A DNA stretch of 64,000 nt from UHGV virus genome UHGV-1351279; one strand, written 5' to 3'. Shown one piece after another: positions 31,247 to 39,814 of the stretch (its first letter is position 1; each line of letters begins with the position of its first letter). The notes under the pieces are model-generated. The model searched no databases. It was not told the origin of the DNA and saw only the letters and a list, made by a program, of their open reading frames with translations. A program made the translations under genes and the position numbers. This DNA is from a virus.

Positions 31247-31430
31247 CTAAATACTTTTTAATCTTTACAATATATTTATCTCTTGTTTCTGTGTCAAGAG
31301 ATTCAAATCTTAATAATAAATCACCTCCTGTCCAATGAGTAACATATCTTATTGCTTTCTTTATATCTACTTCATCAGCTTCAACAGTGATTTTATCTAT
31401 ACCATTTCCCCAATCTTGACTAATTTTCAT
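31230..31430 (-). CDS. hypothetical small protein
   Basis: ORF that overlaps the helicase start. Confidence 0.4.
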   Translation of the reverse strand: MKISQDWGNGIDKITVEADEVDIKKAIRYVTHWTGGDLLLRFESLDTETRDKYIVKIKKYLDDKRR

Positions 31431-31507
31431 GTTAAAATTTTTTAGTAAAATGGGGTGCTTTTACACACCCCATCTTGAATAAATAATAAAATTATATGAC
31501 ACCAAAA

Positions 31508-32290
31508 TTAATTTCCTAAAATAACAGGAGTTTTACCATCTGTAATTATTACTTTATTACTTGTTGTTCTAAGCATTTCAATATATTGTTGCATTAGAAT
31601 TTCCTTTGTAAGGCCTAAAGATTGAACTTTATTGGTTTCAGCATCAATCTTGGCTTTCTCAAGTAACATTTTAGAAGTTTCTAATTCATTCTTAACTCTA
31701 TTGGCTTCTTGAATTGCTTTATTTCTGTTTTCAATAGCTACAAGCATTGAGGAAGGAGGTCTTAGTCCTGAAGTAAGAGTAGTTAATTTAAAATATTTAT
31801 TCTCAAACTCTTCTTTAAGTCTTTTATTTACAGATTCTTCAAAAGAAGCCATATTATTCATAAGACTATCAGTTGTATATCTTCTGGCTTCCTCTCTATA
31901 AGCATCTGTAACCCTTTTATTGAGAATATTTTTCTCAACTAAGTCAAAGAATGAATCAGGATTAGAAATGTCATAATTCTTGTAAGAGAATACAATCTCA
32001 GGGCCTTTACCTCTAATAGGAACATAAGTATATACAGGGTCTACTGTAAATACACCTGCATCTTTTGCAGTGATTTCTACTTTATCAGGGTCTCCTGATT
32101 GTTCCCACATAGGAACTTGATACAATTCTGAGCCTGGTCCTAAGATACCTTGCGCACCTGTTACTACTTTGAAGGAATTAATCCCATTCCTTCCATACTC
32201 TGTCATTAGAACCCCTTCATAATTAGGTTCTGGTCTGTTACAAGAAACTAAAGCTGTAACGAGACTTACAATTAAAAACACTTTTCTCAT
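31508..32290 (-). CDS. SPFH/band-7-domain lipoprotein
   Basis: Lipoprotein signal MRKVFLIVSLVTALVSC (lipobox LVSC). C-terminal SPFH-like stretch AIENRNKAIQEANRVKNELETSKMLLEKAKIDAETNKV...KVIITDGKTPVILGN. Start is taken at 32290 rather than 32317. Confidence 0.5.
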   Translation of the reverse strand: MRKVFLIVSLVTALVSCNRPEPNYEGVLMTEYGRNGINSFKVVTGAQGILGPGSELYQVPMWEQSGDPDKVEITAKDAGVFTVDPVYTYVPIRGKGPEIVFSYKNYDISNPDSFFDLVEKNILNKRVTDAYREEARRYTTDSLMNNMASFEESVNKRLKEEFENKYFKLTTLTSGLRPPSSMLVAIENRNKAIQEANRVKNELETSKMLLEKAKIDAETNKVQSLGLTKEILMQQYIEMLRTTSNKVIITDGKTPVILGN

Positions 32291-32291
32291 A

Positions 32292-32465
32292 TTATTTTGA
32301 TTTGAAAAATTTCTCAAAAGGGAAAAATATTATAAATACTATACTTACGATAAGCCCTATAAACCACAAATAAGGAGTATCACTCCTAAACAAATACATT
32401 ATAGTTATTATTAGAAATACTATAATTAAAATGAATAAGATAATTTTTAGTATTAATTTTCTCAT
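32292..32465 (-). CDS. unannotated small membrane protein (57 aa, two TM helices): MRKLILKIILFILIIVFLIITIMYLFRSDTPYLWFIGLIVSIVFIIFFPFEKFFKSK
   Basis: Hand-translated from the sequence. It is coupled by TAATATG junctions to MazG upstream and to the lipoprotein downstream. It is below the ORF-track size cutoff. Confidence 0.4.
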   Translation of the reverse strand: MRKLILKIILFILIIVFLIITIMYLFRSDTPYLWFIGLIVSIVFIIFFPFEKFFKSK

Positions 32466-32466
32466 A

Positions 32467-32994
32467 TTACTTATCTTTTACAAATTGCCCATTGCTATCC
32501 ATGTGTCCTGTTCTTTTAGAAATTGTATTGTAAGCAATTTCTAAACATTCTAAAGAATCTATATTCTCCAAATAACAGTACATGTTTATATTGATAAGAA
32601 ATGCTGTTAGTGCTAAGCCATAGTATTTTCTTTCAAATAGCATGTCTATAAGTATGTTACTAAGAATTGCTAAGATTTCATTTGAGTCAGTCTCACTATT
32701 CTCTTCAACAAGTTTCTTAATATCATCTTTTTGATAAGCAAATTTAAATACAATACTAAAGTCAGCATTCTCTACTTCTTGTTTCTCAAACCAAGTAGCA
32801 TTAATTAATGTTACTAAAATATCACCTACTGAATCCTTTTTTAGTTCAGTATCTTTATTAATGTGAGCTGATATAAGCTCACCTAACTCCTCATGTGTTT
32901 TAAGAAGTTGTGCTTTTTTGTTACCTTTTTCATGGATACCTTTTTCTTTAGCCCAATCATTTACAAGGCTTACTAATTCATCTATTGTTTTCAT
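32467..32994 (-). CDS. MazG-like nucleoside triphosphate pyrophosphohydrolase
   Basis: KTHEELGELISAHINKD...SVGDILVTLINA (the EExxE/D metal-binding helix pair) and C-terminal ISKRTGHMDSNGQFVKD. Confidence 0.6.
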   Translation of the reverse strand: MKTIDELVSLVNDWAKEKGIHEKGNKKAQLLKTHEELGELISAHINKDTELKKDSVGDILVTLINATWFEKQEVENADFSIVFKFAYQKDDIKKLVEENSETDSNEILAILSNILIDMLFERKYYGLALTAFLININMYCYLENIDSLECLEIAYNTISKRTGHMDSNGQFVKDK

Positions 32995-33015
32995 GTTTGA
33001 AATAATTTATTTTTC

Positions 33016-33357
33016 TTATTTTAAATATTTTTCATTAAAGCCATCAAAAGTGACTTCTCCTTGAGTACCATATTTCATACCATTCATAAAGAAGTACCTA
33101 AAAAACAGTTTATCCCATGTATGAATAGTGATTTGAAATATAAAGTTAGTATGTATATTACTTATTCTTTCTAACTCATCAATAACATCTTCATAATATA
33201 CTTGTTTTATCTCATTTTCACCTCTTTCTAATAGTTCATAAAGAGGGAAAAGTTTTGTGAGTTTCCTATATGGTTTACAATCTATAGGTATATACTTTTT
33301 TGTAAAGCATTTTATCTCATAAAAATTTGTTTTCTGATAATCTTTTGCATTCATCAT
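33016..33357 (-). CDS. hypothetical protein
   Basis: ORF in the operon. Confidence 0.45.
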   Translation of the reverse strand: MMNAKDYQKTNFYEIKCFTKKYIPIDCKPYRKLTKLFPLYELLERGENEIKQVYYEDVIDELERISNIHTNFIFQITIHTWDKLFFRYFFMNGMKYGTQGEVTFDGFNEKYLK

Positions 33358-33728
33358 CTTAGCCAGTTTAAGTATTCAAATAGTGGTGTGAAATGTTCAT
33401 CTATTACATCATAACCTATACCTTGTATGATTAAAAAATAATATTCTCTATAGTATATTGGTACAAACCCTAATTCATATAATTTATCTACATTGCAATA
33501 TTCTGAATCAATATAGAAATCATCACACATATAGATTACATTTTGCCAAACTTCATTTGTAGGTTGTATCTCTAATTTCTTAAAAAGGTCTTCATCATTA
33601 GGTAATACAAGTTCTGCATTTTTCTTCCAATCTTTTTCATCTAATATTTGAAAAGGTATAGCTGCAAACTCTTTTTGCATGAGCTGTATAACTTTTCTTT
33701 TCCTGTCTGTGTATTCAATTGCATTCAT
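33354..33728 (-). CDS. hypothetical protein
   Basis: ORF with a 4-nt overlap. Confidence 0.45.
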   Translation of the reverse strand: MNAIEYTDRKRKVIQLMQKEFAAIPFQILDEKDWKKNAELVLPNDEDLFKKLEIQPTNEVWQNVIYMCDDFYIDSEYCNVDKLYELGFVPIYYREYYFLIIQGIGYDVIDEHFTPLFEYLNWLR

Positions 33729-33730
33729 TA

Positions 33731-34402
33731 TTAAAAACTAATTAGAGTTCTACCTATACTTATACCTATGTAAGGTTTTAATCCTTCTGGAGTTATACCA
33801 TATCCAGCACTAACATTTAAACCCCATTTTTTAGGTTTAGGAAGTTTATAAACACTTCTTACCTCTTGAGTAGTTGAAAAGGGATTATGATTAATCACAT
33901 CTATATAAGTACCATCTTTTTCCTTAGAGAGTCTAATATCATATTGGTCTCTTGTGAATATTCTCAATGCTGTTGTATCTTTATTTATTGCTACAGTACC
34001 CCAAATCCAACCTTGTATATCAAAATCAGTCTCATAAGTTACATTTACTGTATCTTTTATCTTTGTTGTTTTAAATACAGTGTCAACTTTAGTTTCTGTT
34101 TTGATTATAGAAGCAGCCAAAGTACCTTTTTTTACAAGTTTCTGAAGGTCTTGTATAGTTTTATCTTTCACTTGTAATTGTTTAAAAAAAGACATGTTAT
34201 CTACTTCTATGGAGCTAATTCTTGAAATCATTTTACCTTCTTTATCTCTATAAGAACGTAATGAATCATTGAGTTGAGCTATGAGCCTTTTAGAGCTTAT
34301 CTCTCTATCTCTATCAGAACATTCTCTAAACATTAGAGATATTAAAAGGAATAATCCAATAGTTAATAGCATTGGAGCTAAAAATCTAAACACTTTTACC
34401 AT
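33731..34402 (-). CDS. membrane-anchored hypothetical protein (N-terminal TM helix; beta-rich C-terminus ending in Phe)
   Basis: Hydrophobic N-terminus MVKVFRFLAPMLLTIGLFLLISLMF and C-terminus ...GYGITPEGLKPYIGISIGRTLISF. Confidence 0.45.
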   Translation of the reverse strand: MVKVFRFLAPMLLTIGLFLLISLMFRECSDRDREISSKRLIAQLNDSLRSYRDKEGKMISRISSIEVDNMSFFKQLQVKDKTIQDLQKLVKKGTLAASIIKTETKVDTVFKTTKIKDTVNVTYETDFDIQGWIWGTVAINKDTTALRIFTRDQYDIRLSKEKDGTYIDVINHNPFSTTQEVRSVYKLPKPKKWGLNVSAGYGITPEGLKPYIGISIGRTLISF

Positions 34403-34770
34403 AATTTATTTTCTTCAAATTTTACTTCTCCTGTGCAAACTTGTTCATTACCATTATAGTAATAATTCTTTTCTATGTCTAATCTATCCTCTCCACTTCT
34501 TTCTACTACTATTTTTAGATAGGGAAATTGTTTAGATAATCTAAGAAAATCATCTGAAAAATCATACCATTTTTTATAGTATATATCTACTTGTTCAGGA
34601 AGAAGTTTATCTGCATAATAGGCAGAATCTTTATTTCTATCTTCTCTAATAACATCTGTTATGACACCTAAAGAATTATCATTTTCTAAGAAATCAAGTA
34701 TTTCAACCTGCTGTTTTATTGTGAGGTCTTTCTTATTGAATGTAATCTTAAAATCACTGTTATATCCCAT
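34396..34770 (-). CDS. hypothetical protein
   Basis: ORF in the operon. Confidence 0.45.
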   Translation of the reverse strand: MGYNSDFKITFNKKDLTIKQQVEILDFLENDNSLGVITDVIREDRNKDSAYYADKLLPEQVDIYYKKWYDFSDDFLRLSKQFPYLKIVVERSGEDRLDIEKNYYYNGNEQVCTGEVKFEENKLW

Positions 34771-34821
34771 AATTTTAAATTTAGGGGAGAGTTGCCCCTC
34801 CCCAGATATTAATACTTAATC

Positions 34822-35565
34822 CTATACAAATATTTTGTCCCAATAAGTCTCTAATGTACCATCTTCAAGTTTCTTAGAGATTACAAACTCTTTATTGGAT
34901 AAATGAGGGATGCGAGTTCCTCCAATTAATCCAATAGAAGGATTAAAAGATATAGTATTCTCATTAGGAGAACTCCTATATAATAATCCCATAGCATCAG
35001 TCTTTAAAGCTAAAATATCTTTTAATTTACCCTCTAAAGCTAAGTCTTTTACATTACCTTCCATATCTTTATCCGTTTTTAAAGACTTGTCAGCTACATG
35101 CCCTAAAAGAATTAAACACTTACAGTAAGGTTTAAAGAAGTTAATAATTTGCTGAAAAGCATTTCTTTTGTAACCATAACCAGCACCATAAGCAAGATTT
35201 GTAATATCATATTTTAAATCTTTGATTTGGTTTTTAGCATTCATAGGGTCAGCATTATAATTTTTGATAGCTAATGTATTTGTTATAGTATCATATAACA
35301 TAGTAATAGTATCTAAAACTATAAAGTCAAATTGTGGTTTCTTTTCTCCAAATTCTTTACTGAGTTGAGAGAAAGTAGTATAGTCATTTACTTTAATGTA
35401 ATTACCACTATAGTAAGCCATACCATCATCAAAATCTAAAATAAGATAGTTACCTGGAAGGTGTGTCATAAGTTCAGTCTTTCCAATTTTTGGATAACTG
35501 AAAATAATCATTTCTCTTGCATTTTGAGAAACCTTTTCTTTCTTGATGTTTTCTAATAAACTCAT
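34822..35565 (-). CDS. AAA_24-family (Sak4-like) RecA-fold ATPase
   Basis: Walker A IIFSYPKIGKTELM and Walker B FDFIVLDTITML. Size about 247 aa. A PD-(D/E)XK nuclease and a resolvase lie nearby. Confidence 0.5.
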   Translation of the reverse strand: MSLLENIKKEKVSQNAREMIIFSYPKIGKTELMTHLPGNYLILDFDDGMAYYSGNYIKVNDYTTFSQLSKEFGEKKPQFDFIVLDTITMLYDTITNTLAIKNYNADPMNAKNQIKDLKYDITNLAYGAGYGYKRNAFQQIINFFKPYCKCLILLGHVADKSLKTDKDMEGNVKDLALEGKLKDILALKTDAMGLLYRSSPNENTISFNPSIGLIGGTRIPHLSNKEFVISKKLEDGTLETYWDKIFV

Positions 35566-35580
35566 ACTAAATTAAAAATT

Positions 35581-35612
35581 AAGCCTGTCAAACACTAAGA
35601 CTTAACAGGCTT
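35581..35612 (-). terminator. stem-loop (8-bp stem aagcctgt / acaggctt, 16-nt loop) between genes
   Basis: Lies 16 nt upstream of the AAA_24 start codon and downstream of the 35688 gene end. The 3' flank on the - strand is only moderately T-rich. Confidence 0.35.
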
Positions 35613-35687
35613 GATAAAAAATAAATAAAACTATAAAATAGGAATTGATAGGCACTGCAAAGATACAAATTATATTTGAACTAAAAA

Positions 35688-35954
35688 CTAAAATTCAATA
35701 TAATCTATATCAAGTTCTTTACATTTCTTCTTAAACTGAACAAAATCAGTTACTAAAGATGGGTCTAAGTCAGACTCCCTAATAATCTTTTCAGATACAT
35801 TCAAGTTATAGTGTCTAACCACATTCTCTGGTATAGAAATATCATCATCTTCAAAATAATGAGTTCTAATGTATTCTTTAATATGCTCATTTAATTTAGG
35901 TAAGAAAAGCACTTTGTAAACAATAGAACCTAACTCTCTAATTTGTTCTTCCAT
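35688..35954 (-). CDS. hypothetical small protein
   Basis: ORF in the operon. Confidence 0.4.
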   Translation of the reverse strand: MEEQIRELGSIVYKVLFLPKLNEHIKEYIRTHYFEDDDISIPENVVRHYNLNVSEKIIRESDLDPSLVTDFVQFKKKCKELDIDYIEF

Positions 35955-36282
35955 TTTTTATTTTTGATTTTAGTTCAACTATCTTTTTATTTAAACCCTT
36001 ACAATTTTCTTTGTAAGTTTCAAATTTCTTCTTATAGTGTTCAAGCTCTGCTGAAATAAGTATTTTTTCTTCTTCTAAGCTTCTTACTTTATCTTTCAAT
36101 AAAGCTATATCCATTACAAGATTTCTTATATCTGCTTGATAGGCAGATTTTTTGCTTACTCTATAACCTACATTATAAAATATAGATATTATTAGAGCAA
36201 TTGCTAAAAATGTTTCTACAATTGTCATATTTTTAATTCCATAAATCACCTTTTGGAGGTGAATATCCAAAAATCTCCTCAC
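35938..36282 (-). CDS. hypothetical protein with an N-terminal TM helix and a coiled coil
   Basis: Hydrophobic segment IVETFLAIALIISIFY and a heptad-like C-terminus. Confidence 0.4.
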   Translation of the reverse strand: MRRFLDIHLQKVIYGIKNMTIVETFLAIALIISIFYNVGYRVSKKSAYQADIRNLVMDIALLKDKVRSLEEEKILISAELEHYKKKFETYKENCKGLNKKIVELKSKIKNGRTN

Positions 36283-36895
36283 TAAATCTTGGAGGATAGT
36301 CTAATTCAAAATCATTATTAAACATCTCCTCCTTGATATTAGTGTCAAAATCTAAATTCACTCTTTTTATAAAAGCCTTTTTTCTTTTTTCATCTTTAAG
36401 AAATACATCTCTTGTATTTTTCAGTATCTTATTTACTTCTCTTTCTAATGTTTTGTTTTCAAATTTCCTAAAACCAAAGTATTTCTTTACTTGTTCTTCA
36501 CTATACATTAAGCTGTATTTACCTTTTATGAAATTGTACATAGCATTCTTAAATACATAAGGTATTTTCAGAACAACCATGTGTCCTGTATTGAACTTAC
36601 CATATTTGTATTCATAATCAGAAGTATAATAATGTTGTATCCTTACAAAATGTAGGAATTGTTGAAACTTTTCTCTGTACTTTTGAAGATTGATTTGCAT
36701 GTGGTTTCTTAGTTCAACATCAAAAAGAATAAATAAATTATCTTCTTCAAAAGCTACATTTGTATCTCCAATTCCAATATTAAGTTTTATAAAAGAGGTA
36801 ATATAATTGTCTAAATCTGGTCCATAATATTTTAATGTTGGGTATAGATACCTCCATGTTTTGTTCTTAAATAACTTTCCACTGTGTATTTCCAT
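36233..36895 (-). CDS. hypothetical protein
   Basis: 220-aa ORF. Confidence 0.45.
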   Translation of the reverse strand: MEIHSGKLFKNKTWRYLYPTLKYYGPDLDNYITSFIKLNIGIGDTNVAFEEDNLFILFDVELRNHMQINLQKYREKFQQFLHFVRIQHYYTSDYEYKYGKFNTGHMVVLKIPYVFKNAMYNFIKGKYSLMYSEEQVKKYFGFRKFENKTLEREVNKILKNTRDVFLKDEKRKKAFIKRVNLDFDTNIKEEMFNNDFELDYPPRFSEEIFGYSPPKGDLWN

Positions 36896-36907
36896 AACAA
36901 AATCAAA

Positions 36908-38002
36908 TTATTTAAGAGGTATAATACCTGCCCAATCTAACTTCAAATTATCTCCACTTTCTCTAAAAAGCCTATCTTCAGTAAAGTCATTCTCAACATA
37001 AAACAGGTAATCATCTATAAGGTCCATATAACCTTTTACATTATTTAATCTGTTATATACTGTATCTGTAGAATTACTTGCTTGTTCACCTCTTAGGTAT
37101 AGGTAATCTCTACCATATTTACCCATAAACTCAAGGCTTTTATCACAAGTAAATATTACAGGCTCTTCATCTTCTTCAGTAGTACTCACTACAATAAACT
37201 TAAAGTCTAATATTTTATAGTTTTTAAACTCATTATCTTCTTTCCACTGATAAAGTGCTTCTACATACCATGAAAGTTGAATGTCATACCTCCTTTTCCT
37301 TAAAGATTCAGGGAAATTCTTTACAGAATCACCAATAGTTTTAAGATCAATTGGAGTTATAGTTTTCTCTATATGGTTAATATAAACTATATCTAAAAGA
37401 GCTTTACACTCTACTTCACTTATCTCAAACTCTATTGGTAACTGTTTTAGAATGGTAATATTTTCATCACTATCTCTAAAATACCTTGAAGTATACTGAT
37501 TTGCATATACCTTTCTTACAATATTAGACACTATTTCTGCTTCTTCTTGAGTTAGAATAGTTTTATCTCCAGAACTTACAATCTCTTCCCAATACTCATG
37601 ATATTCTATGATTTTATTTATTCTTGTTTCAAGTTTCAAGTTCTTATAATAACCATGAGATTCACAGCTATCAATAATTTCTTGCTTTAGAAATTCCAAA
37701 TTCTTATAAGAATCATCTTCAGCAATCTTATCTTTAGCATTAGAATAAACCTCGTATAATATGCTTTTTACCACATCTGATGGTTTATCAGCTAAATGAG
37801 AAATATAGTACTTCTCATTAAAATCTACCACACTGGTAAGATAAGTATCTACAGCACTACCTATTACAAAATGTTTCTTCTCTTCAAAGAAAAGCTCTGG
37901 TTCTTCTGTTTCAAGAAAAGCTTTTGGACTATATAAAAGAGTCTTTAACTTACTCTGTGATAGTCTTGGACTATCATAATAATTTTCTTTTGTTAATCCC
38001 AT
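36908..38002 (-). CDS. PD-(D/E)XK-family nuclease (RecB/YqaJ/Cas4-like exonuclease)
   Basis: Motif II-like KALLDIVYI and motif III-like TPIDLKTIG (hhDhKT). Sits beside the Sak4-like ATPase and the resolvase. Confidence 0.45.
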   Translation of the reverse strand: MGLTKENYYDSPRLSQSKLKTLLYSPKAFLETEEPELFFEEKKHFVIGSAVDTYLTSVVDFNEKYYISHLADKPSDVVKSILYEVYSNAKDKIAEDDSYKNLEFLKQEIIDSCESHGYYKNLKLETRINKIIEYHEYWEEIVSSGDKTILTQEEAEIVSNIVRKVYANQYTSRYFRDSDENITILKQLPIEFEISEVECKALLDIVYINHIEKTITPIDLKTIGDSVKNFPESLRKRRYDIQLSWYVEALYQWKEDNEFKNYKILDFKFIVVSTTEEDEEPVIFTCDKSLEFMGKYGRDYLYLRGEQASNSTDTVYNRLNNVKGYMDLIDDYLFYVENDFTEDRLFRESGDNLKLDWAGIIPLK

Positions 38003-38388
38003 TTTTCTATTTTACTAATTAATAATTTAAAGTCTTCAAAGGTCATACTTACAATTGTATCAAATTGTGTTCTTCTTTTACCTTGTCCAACCTCCTTTTT
38101 GTGTATAAGGATATTAGGTAAAAAGTATTCTCTTGAGCCTTCAGGAAATATTTCCCTGACTCTATCATATACATATCTAATCTCCTTAGAAGCATTTAAG
38201 CCTTTCTGCTTACCTGCTTTTATCTGAATATTCATAGGTACAAAGAGAAGGTCAATACCTGCACCATCATGCATTTTTGAACCTTCTCTTGATGTTTTAC
38301 AATGTGTAAATCCTAATTCTCTGAATGCTGAAGCAAACTCTCTTTCAGCATTACTACCTTTTCTTTTATTTGTTGCTCCTTTTGTCAT
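37993..38388 (-). CDS. Hjc-like (archaeal-type PD-(D/E)XK) Holliday-junction resolvase
   Basis: KRKGSNAEREFASAFRELGF...EGSKMHDGAGIDLLFVP.NIQIKAGK aligns with Hjc RKGAQAERELIKLLEKHGF...DLVAG...IEVK. The ExK glutamate appears as Gln (QIK). Confidence 0.45.
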   Translation of the reverse strand: MTKGATNKRKGSNAEREFASAFRELGFTHCKTSREGSKMHDGAGIDLLFVPMNIQIKAGKQKGLNASKEIRYVYDRVREIFPEGSREYFLPNILIHKKEVGQGKRRTQFDTIVSMTFEDFKLLISKIEKWD

Positions 38389-39125
38389 AATGTACTAAAA
38401 ATATCTTCTACAAGTTTATCTTCAATATAGCTAAAATATTTTTCAACTTCTTCTAAGCTATTCATTTCAGGCAATAATTTTACAGTCTTAAATATTTTAG
38501 AGCCTAAATTAGTTGTTTCTATAATATCTATATTAAACACTCTAACAAAGTGTAAATAATAAGTGTCAAATTTCTTTCTCCATGTATTGTATTTATCATC
38601 TGTAAGAAACTTTCTATCTATATAAAGAGTTAGATTATTCTCTAAGTTCTTATCTACAAAATCTAATTTCTCCTCTGAAGATTTCAAACTACAAAAAGCT
38701 ATAAAGAAATGATTAGGAATACATAGAGATACTAAAAGTTCATTTGTATCTAAATCCCAAAGAGACCCTTGTGCATTGAATAAATTTACTACATTATCAC
38801 CAGATTTACTTCTCATAAATGAAAAGCTTAATCTTTGTTTTTTCATGTCTGTAAAAAAGTTATTATAAGACTTTTCAAATTGATGGTCATTTATATAGCT
38901 TTTATTCATCTTGTAAGAATAATAGATACTCTTTTCAGGACTTGACACACCTTCTATAAAGTTATCATATAGAAATAAACTGTTGGCAGGTACAATCTTA
39001 TTTTCTATAAATAAACAAATATCTTTCTCTATGTAAGAACTATTACTTATATCCTTTTTTAGATAAATTGAATTTGAAAGACCACTAAAATATTGGAACA
39101 ACAAATTGTTTAATTCTCTATTCAT
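38385..39125 (-). CDS. hypothetical protein (246 aa) immediately downstream of the E1-like gene
   Basis: ORF overlapping the E1-like gene by 8 nt. No motif recognised. Confidence 0.45.
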   Translation of the reverse strand: MNRELNNLLFQYFSGLSNSIYLKKDISNSSYIEKDICLFIENKIVPANSLFLYDNFIEGVSSPEKSIYYSYKMNKSYINDHQFEKSYNNFFTDMKKQRLSFSFMRSKSGDNVVNLFNAQGSLWDLDTNELLVSLCIPNHFFIAFCSLKSSEEKLDFVDKNLENNLTLYIDRKFLTDDKYNTWRKKFDTYYLHFVRVFNIDIIETTNLGSKIFKTVKLLPEMNSLEEVEKYFSYIEDKLVEDIFSTL

Positions 39126-39813
39126 TTATCACAGTATTCATTGGTAATATATAATCCCATCTAAAAGGAACTTCTCTATCATCTTCACCTGTTACACAAT
39201 TGGATAGGTGATTAGTAAAGAATCCTACAGCATGAGAAGAAGCCATACATGAAATATGTGTTGTTGATTTTAAAGTACATACTTCATCAGGTATCTTATC
39301 ATCACTAAAAAGACTCTTTTTATAATCTTCTATCTTATCTGGTGTAACACAAAAGATTTGCATGTTCTCAAAATTAAGCCTTGTATCTATAAAGATTGGT
39401 ACTTTATGTTTGTCTTTTTCATTGTAGTTATTTTCAACATATTTGCACCAATTATTAAAGAATATCTCTCTTGCTTTCATATTATCAAAGCAAGAAAACA
39501 TAAATTTATCAGCATAACTATTTTGGTCATAGGGGTCTTTAGATACATTTATACTTACTAATGCAAAATCTTGTATTCTTCTTCTTAAAGCATCCACTTT
39601 ATAGCTACCTACATCATTATAACCAAAAAATTGTCCAGCTAAATTATGTTCTTCAATTTTGTCAAAATCATAAACAAAAGGCTTAAAGTTCATTCTTGCT
39701 AATAGCAAAGAGGTGAAGGAACCTAAAGAACCTGCACCACCTACTATAACATTTCTAACTTCAGAGCTGAACCATACAGCCCCTTTAAATCTACTTGTTG
39801 TTATTTCGTTCAT
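39118..39813 (-). CDS. ThiF/MoeB/E1-like adenylyltransferase domain protein
   Basis: Rossmann loop VIVGGAGSLGS, DFDKIEEHNLAGQ (the D-x-D...N-L-x-R/G-Q box), YKVDALRRRI, and DNMKAR. The start is 1 nt after the JAB gene stop. Confidence 0.65.
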   Translation of the reverse strand: MNEITTSRFKGAVWFSSEVRNVIVGGAGSLGSFTSLLLARMNFKPFVYDFDKIEEHNLAGQFFGYNDVGSYKVDALRRRIQDFALVSINVSKDPYDQNSYADKFMFSCFDNMKAREIFFNNWCKYVENNYNEKDKHKVPIFIDTRLNFENMQIFCVTPDKIEDYKKSLFSDDKIPDEVCTLKSTTHISCMASSHAVGFFTNHLSNCVTGEDDREVPFRWDYILPMNTVINE

Positions 39814-39814
39814 A

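Noticed and set aside
31508-32317. Spanin (o-spanin) call for the lipoprotein
   Set aside because: At about 260 aa it is too large, and its C-terminus looks SPFH-like. No i-spanin or endolysin is adjacent.
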